Origin: Candidatus Staskawiczbacteria bacterium RIFCSPLOWO2_01_FULL_33_13
GTDB lineage: Bacteria > Patescibacteriota > Minisyncoccia > Minisyncoccales > Staskawiczbacteraceae
Length of the DNA: 38,677 bases
NCBI GenBank assembly: GCA_001820215.1
Contig: MHOW01000011.1
Span: forward strand, 13,579-52,255
Reading direction: 5' to 3'
Shown: positions 34,057-38,677 of the stretch, piece by piece
How positions within the stretch are numbered: the first letter of the stretch is position 1
Layout of the letters: every line of letters begins with the position of its first letter
The notes under the pieces: model-generated
Told to the model about the DNA's origin: nothing
Database searches by the model: none
What the model saw: the letters and a program-made list of their open reading frames with translations, nothing else
Position numbers and translations under genes: made by a program

Positions 34057-34073
34057 TAATTTTTTAAAAATTT

Positions 34074-34367
34074 ATGAATGACTTAGCTCGATTTCCACAA
34101 ATAGTGCTAAGGATTATAAAAGAACAGGAAGCTGTAATCGGTCCTTTGGCTTGGGACGAAGCGCGGAAGGTGCAGGGAATTGTGGTGGTTGACCAAAAAA
34201 GAGGAGAAATAAATTTACAAAATGGCGATACAAAAGAAATTATTGATAAATTAGTTAACCAATACGAAAGGCTTTTTGGTAGGGCTTCTCGCGAAGTCTG
34301 CAGAGAAGCTGTGCAAGACTTAATTGCCGAGATGCCTCCGGAAGAAATACCATCGAGTTTGAAATAG
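34074..34367 (+). CDS. Small cytoplasmic hypothetical protein
   Basis: IIKEQE.VIGPLA..EA.KV.G...LV.QYE.LFGRAS.EVC.EA; co-oriented with the sensor-like gene. Confidence 0.8.
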   Translation: MNDLARFPQIVLRIIKEQEAVIGPLAWDEARKVQGIVVVDQKRGEINLQNGDTKEIIDKLVNQYERLFGRASREVCREAVQDLIAEMPPEEIPSSLK

Positions 34368-34437
34368 AAGTTCATTAAAATGTTTTGTACAAAATTGAAA
34401 AGCCTCATTCGGGGCTTTTTGGGCAAGGCCCGAAAGA

Positions 34438-34465
34438 TTGACATGTCGCTTTGGAAGAATATAAT
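34438..34465 (+). promoter_or_regulatory. Consensus promoter TTGACA-N16-TATAAT; probable leaderless start at 34472
   Basis: Exact hexamers; ATG follows 6 nt after the -10 box. Confidence 0.65.
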
Positions 34466-34471
34466 GAAAAT

Positions 34472-34708
34472 ATGAAAGAGGATTTATCAGAGTTAATAGA
34501 ATATTTAGATAAAAAATTCAATAAAGTTGAGGGTGATTTTACTGAATTAAAAGAAAACTTTCACAGCCTTCAGGCTTCAGTTGATATATATGCGCATAAG
34601 GCAGATACATATTTTCAAGAAATGGTAATGTTAAGTCATAAAGTTGACCGTCATGAAAAGTGGCTCCAAAAACTGGCGGAAAAGTTAGGAGTTAAATTAG
34701 ATTATTAA
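34472..34708 (+). CDS. Small coiled-coil hypothetical protein
   Basis: LIEYLDKKF.KV...L...F..LQ.SVD.YA......QE...L..KVDRHEKW...LAEKLGVKLDY. Confidence 0.75.
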   Translation: MKEDLSELIEYLDKKFNKVEGDFTELKENFHSLQASVDIYAHKADTYFQEMVMLSHKVDRHEKWLQKLAEKLGVKLDY

Positions 34709-34720
34709 AATTATTTTGGA

Positions 34721-34797
34721 AGAGTATGCAGGGAGGCGGCACAGGTTTAATAATTGCAAAAATGCTTCCAGGGGAAATCCCATCGAGTTTGAAGTAA
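34721..34797 (+). pseudogene. Degenerate duplicate of the 3' end of gene 34074..34367
   Basis: gtatgcagggaggc...atgcttccaggggaaatcccatcgagtttgaagtaa versus gtctgcagagaagc...atgcctccggaagaaataccatcgagtttgaaatag. Confidence 0.7.
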
Positions 34798-34816
34798 TAA
34801 TTATTGCTTAATAAAT

Positions 34817-34848
34817 AAAAAAGCGGATAATATGCTATTCGCTTTTTT
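34817..34848 (+). terminator. Intrinsic terminator
   Basis: aaaaaagcggata / tattcgctttttt. Confidence 0.65.
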
Positions 34849-34876
34849 GTATGTTATAATTTAAAAATAAAAATAT

Positions 34877-35398
34877 ATGAAAAAGTTGATTATTGTTGTT
34901 GGCACCATTTCAGAACCTAAAATTAAATATTTAAAGGATGTTTTAAGGGAACTAAGAATGATAGCAACAATAATTCCGATAAAAGTAAATAGTCAGGTTT
35001 CTGAACAACCAAAAACATCGGTAGAAACTAAAAGAGGCTCAATAAATCGTGCTAAAAAAGCGTTCCAAGAAAAGCCCAATGTGGATTTTGCAGTAGGGAT
35101 TGAAGTTGGATATCATAAAAATTATAAAAGAAAATATGAAATGTTTTGCTGGGTTACTATAATTGGTGAGGATGGTTTCCAGCTATCAAACCAATCGCAT
35201 AAGTTTTTACTCCCTCAATTTCATCAAAATCTTTTGCATAAGGATTTGTATATAGGAGATAATTTAGATGGATACCATAAAAACAAAAAAGATCTTATTA
35301 AAAAACATATAGACGATATTATTCGTCATAGAAAACCATTTATAGAAAATGCACTAAAACACTCATTGATTCACTATTTTAATAGGGAAGATTTTTAA
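34877..35398 (+). CDS. YjjX-like inosine/xanthosine triphosphatase (DUF84)
   Basis: VGT.S.PKI, V.S.VSEQP....ET..G.INRA..A, VGIE.G. Confidence 0.85.
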   Translation: MKKLIIVVGTISEPKIKYLKDVLRELRMIATIIPIKVNSQVSEQPKTSVETKRGSINRAKKAFQEKPNVDFAVGIEVGYHKNYKRKYEMFCWVTIIGEDGFQLSNQSHKFLLPQFHQNLLHKDLYIGDNLDGYHKNKKDLIKKHIDDIIRHRKPFIENALKHSLIHYFNREDF

Positions 35399-35407
35399 AA
35401 TAAAAAT

Positions 35408-35971
35408 ATGAAAATATATCTTGCAACCACAAATAAAAAAAAGATGTTAACAGCACAAAAAGCATTATCGAAATATAACATTGATTTGGAAATGCTGGAA
35501 TTAGATTATGAAGTTCCCGAAATTCAGTCCTTTTCTGTTGAAGAAATTGCTAAGTTTTCAGCAAAATTTGTTGCAAATAAGGAACATAAGCCAGTATTTG
35601 TAACTGATGCAGCCTTTTTTATTGAAAGTTTGAATGGTTTTCCCGGTCCATTCATGAAACAAATTAATCATTATCTATCAAGCCAAGATATTTTAAACTT
35701 ATTAAAAGATAAAACAAATAGGAAGTTTAAACTTATAGAATGCCTAGCTTTTTGCCAACCTCATCAGGAATCTGTAACTTTTTCATCAACTATGCACGGC
35801 ACAATGACAGAAAAAGCCGAGGGTGAAGGGCTTTCCATTGATAGAATTATGATTTGGGATGGATTGCAAAAAGTTGAAGCCTTGTATTCTGATGATGAAA
35901 TGGTTGAATATTTTCAGAAGCATTTGGATTCTTACCAGCAATTTGGTAAATATTTAGATCATTTAAAATAA
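35408..35971 (+). CDS. Ham1/RdgB-family non-canonical purine NTP pyrophosphatase (divergent)
   Basis: ATTN.KK, PEIQ....EEIA, V.D....I.SLNGFPGP..K; the usual C-terminal SHR motif is absent. Confidence 0.85.
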   Translation: MKIYLATTNKKKMLTAQKALSKYNIDLEMLELDYEVPEIQSFSVEEIAKFSAKFVANKEHKPVFVTDAAFFIESLNGFPGPFMKQINHYLSSQDILNLLKDKTNRKFKLIECLAFCQPHQESVTFSSTMHGTMTEKAEGEGLSIDRIMIWDGLQKVEALYSDDEMVEYFQKHLDSYQQFGKYLDHLK

Positions 35972-36028
35972 AATGAAAATATGTGTATTGTGTGGTAAAA
36001 TGAATAATTAATTTTAATTCACTAAACT

Positions 36029-37408
36029 ATGTTTGGATTTGGACAACGTAAAAAAATTACTGAAAAGCTCTACCAGCAAAATCTTGAGCTTGCGGTAACA
36101 AACAAAACTCTTTCGCTACTTGAAGAGTTATATCAAAAAAGTACCCTCACTTTGACGCCAGAGGAAATGGCGCAGGAGATTGCCAATGTTATCTGCAAAG
36201 ACTTAAATCTTGAGTTAGCGGGAATACTGATATTTAAGAAAGAAAGCGATTCCCTTGTGCCCCTCGCTTTTTCAAAGTCCGAAAGGCTTGTTAAAACCCT
36301 GCAAAAATTGGGGTTCTTTTTTCGCGACATAACAATTCCAAATATTTCAAAATCAAATTTTCTAAAAAAAGTCGTTTATGAAAAGACGGAAAACATAACA
36401 GATGATCTTTACGAGGTTTTTGGAGATTTAATATTAAAAGATCACTTAAAAGAAGTTAAGTTGCAGTCTCATATTAAGACTATATTAATGTACCCTTTGA
36501 TAAAAAGCGGAGAAGTGCTCGGAGTGCTCATTTTAGCTTTTAATCGCAATTATAATAATTTAAATTCTTTTGAAAAGGCTTCCATAAGAAGCTTTATCAA
36601 CGCAATAGCTCTTTTGCTGGACAAAGCCTATTTATATAAAGACTTGCAGGATTCTTATGAGGTGACAAAAAAGGCGTATGCCCTAGAAAAACAGGCAAAG
36701 AAAGAGATTGAAAAACTGGATAAGTTTAAAGACCAATTTTTGATGACTACCCAGCATAATTTACGAACTCCTTTAACCTCAATGATGGGCTATTCTGATT
36801 TATTGTTAAACGGAACTTTTGGCAAGCAAAATAAAAAAACTACAGAAGTTATTAAAAAATTCCAGACTCTAACACAAGGAATGATAAAAATGGTAAATGA
36901 CTTTTTGGACATGGCGCAATTTGAATTGGGAAAAAGCGTGGTGGTATTAAAACCGGGGGTTGAACTTTTACCTATTTTAGATGAAATAATGGGCGAACTT
37001 GCTTTTAAGTCTGAAACAAAAGGGGTGTATCTTAAATTTCAAAAACCCAAAAAAAATATTTTAATTAACGCGGATAGAGAAAAATTAAAAGCGGCTTTAT
37101 TTAATATTGTTGATAATTCGGTAAAATATACGGTGAAAGGTGGAGTTGATATAAAATTAGAATATAATAGCGGAGTGAAAATTATAGTTTCTGATACTGG
37201 CATAGGTATTTCAGAAGAAAAGATGCACAGTCTTTTTGATAGCATGTTTGAAAGGGGAGATGAAGCTAAAAAAGTATCCACAATAGGTAGTGGAGTGGGG
37301 TTATACTTGTCTAACAAAATTATTAAATTCCACAACGGCAAGCTTTGGGTGGAATCAGGGGGAGAGGGAAAGGGGTCTGTGTTTTATATTGAATTGCCGA
37401 TTAAATAA
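36029..37408 (+). CDS. Cytoplasmic GAF-domain sensor histidine kinase
   Basis: GAF region (YPL.....LGVL), H-box HNLRTPLT, N-box NIVDNSVKYT, D.G.GI, GSGVGL, G.GS.F. Confidence 0.93.
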   Translation: MFGFGQRKKITEKLYQQNLELAVTNKTLSLLEELYQKSTLTLTPEEMAQEIANVICKDLNLELAGILIFKKESDSLVPLAFSKSERLVKTLQKLGFFFRDITIPNISKSNFLKKVVYEKTENITDDLYEVFGDLILKDHLKEVKLQSHIKTILMYPLIKSGEVLGVLILAFNRNYNNLNSFEKASIRSFINAIALLLDKAYLYKDLQDSYEVTKKAYALEKQAKKEIEKLDKFKDQFLMTTQHNLRTPLTSMMGYSDLLLNGTFGKQNKKTTEVIKKFQTLTQGMIKMVNDFLDMAQFELGKSVVVLKPGVELLPILDEIMGELAFKSETKGVYLKFQKPKKNILINADREKLKAALFNIVDNSVKYTVKGGVDIKLEYNSGVKIIVSDTGIGISEEKMHSLFDSMFERGDEAKKVSTIGSGVGLYLSNKIIKFHNGKLWVESGGEGKGSVFYIELPIK

Positions 37409-37420
37409 ACAAGTAGTGAA

Positions 37421-37458
37421 GCCACCCTGTGAATAAAATTCATAGGGTGGTTTTTTTT
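37421..37458 (+). terminator. Intrinsic terminator
   Basis: gccaccctgtgaat / attcatagggtggt followed by a T-tract. Confidence 0.85.
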
Positions 37459-37583
37459 GCATATAGTATAATTAAACAAAGGCGACCCAAATCTACGAAT
37501 GACACCCTAATGACACGAATACATTTTCGTATTAGTAAATTAGAGTGCAATTAGTAAATTAGTGTCGCATAAGCGAAGCGCTT

Positions 37584-38677
37584 ATGAATGTTGAACCTCA
37601 GCGACTTAAAAAGTTTCTTGTAGATGCCGAACTTGTAAGTGCGGCTGATTTTGATGCTGCATTGGAAATAAGCGTTAAAACCAACAAAAAAGTTGGAGAA
37701 GTTTTAGTTTCAAAAAAACTTATTGATCAAGAAAAGTTAACCAAATTTGAAGCCTACCTTTTGGGAATTCCTTTTGTCAATTTAGGCCAAGAAGCTATTT
37801 TGCCCGAAATACTTAATATTATTCCAGAACAGATTGCAAGGGCCCATAATATAATTGCGTTCAGAAAAGTAGAAAATAATCTTGAAGTTGCTATGCTTGA
37901 CCCGGAAGATTTAACCACTATTGAATTTATAAAAAAACAAAGTCCACTTTTAAAGATTTTACCAAGGCTTACTACTCCTGAAGGCATAAAAAATGCGTTG
38001 CGCCAGTATCAAAAAACTTTGGATATAGAATTTGGAGATATTATGGGTAAAAGTCAAGATATGGCAGGCCATATAGAAAAAAATGGAGAAGTTTTGGATA
38101 AAAAAGAAGAATTAATAAAGGCCTCTCAAGATTTGCCGGTGATAAAAATTGTTGATACTTTATTGAAGCACGCTATTTTGCAACGATCATCAGATGTGCA
38201 TATAGAACCTTTAGAAAAAGATGTTATTGTGCGATTTAGAATTGATGGCATTCTTCACGATATTATGAATTTCCCTATTGCCACTGCGATGGGTATTGTG
38301 GCCAGAATAAAAGTGTTATCTAATTTGAAACTTGATGAGCATAGGTTACCACAAGACGGAAGATTTAAAATTGAAACAGATGATTATAAATATTCTGCCA
38401 GGGTTTCGGTTTTGCCTGTTTTTAATGGTGAAAAAATTGTAATGAGATTGCTTGCTGAAAATTCAAAAGTGCAAAGTTTGGAAAGTTTAGGTCTTGCGGG
38501 AGAAGATTTAAAAACCGTACGCAATAATTTAATAAGGCCTACTGGTATGATATTAATTACAGGGCCAACAGGTTCGGGTAAAACAACCACGCTTTATTCA
38601 ATGATGGATATTCTTAACACCCCAAATGTGAATATATCAACTGTTGAAGATCCTATTGAATATAGAATGCCAAGAAT
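37584..38677 (+). CDS. pilB: Type IV pilus / T2SS assembly ATPase GspE/PilB (partial, runs off the window)
   Basis: Not in the ORF track. MNVEPQRLKKFLVDAELVS..., VAMLDP, SSDVHIEP, RFRIDG, RLPQDGR, GEKIVMR, Walker A GPTGSGKTTTLY, TVEDPIEY. Confidence 0.95.
   Translation, partial: MNVEPQRLKKFLVDAELVSAADFDAALEISVKTNKKVGEVLVSKKLIDQEKLTKFEAYLLGIPFVNLGQEAILPEILNIIPEQIARAHNIIAFRKVENNLEVAMLDPEDLTTIEFIKKQSPLLKILPRLTTPEGIKNALRQYQKTLDIEFGDIMGKSQDMAGHIEKNGEVLDKKEELIKASQDLPVIKIVDTLLKHAILQRSSDVHIEPLEKDVIVRFRIDGILHDIMNFPIATAMGIVARIKVLSNLKLDEHRLPQDGRFKIETDDYKYSARVSVLPVFNGEKIVMRLLAENSKVQSLESLGLAGEDLKTVRNNLIRPTGMILITGPTGSGKTTTLYSMMDILNTPNVNISTVEDPIEYRMPR

Noticed and set aside
34064..34444. 126-aa minus-strand ORF and other antisense shadow ORFs in the track
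   Set aside because: They lie opposite well-supported genes and have no independent signal.
1..38677. Alternative genetic code 25
   Set aside because: Long genes are intact in code 11, and TGA ends several genes (12125, 22279, 31665).

Overview
AT-rich bacterial window in the standard genetic code (TGA is used as a stop). Gene content and style suggest a CPR/Patescibacteria (Parcubacteria-like) genome; this is an inference. Left to right: (1) an ECF sigma factor and several secreted-protein genes that share four exact GTAAG-N16-CGTC promoter motifs; (2) a ~7.7 kb island integrated at the 3' end of tRNA-Asn(GTT) by a large serine recombinase, carrying a Lamassu/ABC-3C defence operon, paired direct repeats and two structured non-coding regions; (3) a small GIY-YIG nuclease gene between the tRNA and a REP-interrupted copy of its 5' end; (4) housekeeping genes (HAD, two antiporters, Csp, cupin, dcd, PD-(D/E)XK nuclease, PAP2-like); (5) a 2569-aa SpvB/FG-GAP/RHS toxin with internal Ig-like repeats and two candidate immunity genes; (6) a RAYT transposase whose REPs coincide with two gene truncations; (7) two speD-like genes, one truncated, each preceded by a homologous 49-aa leader ORF and terminator, a candidate new attenuator; (8) a membrane sensor-like gene, two ITPase-type NTPases, a GAF histidine kinase and a partial PilB/GspE ATPase. 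Family calls come from motif recognition only; no searches were run.
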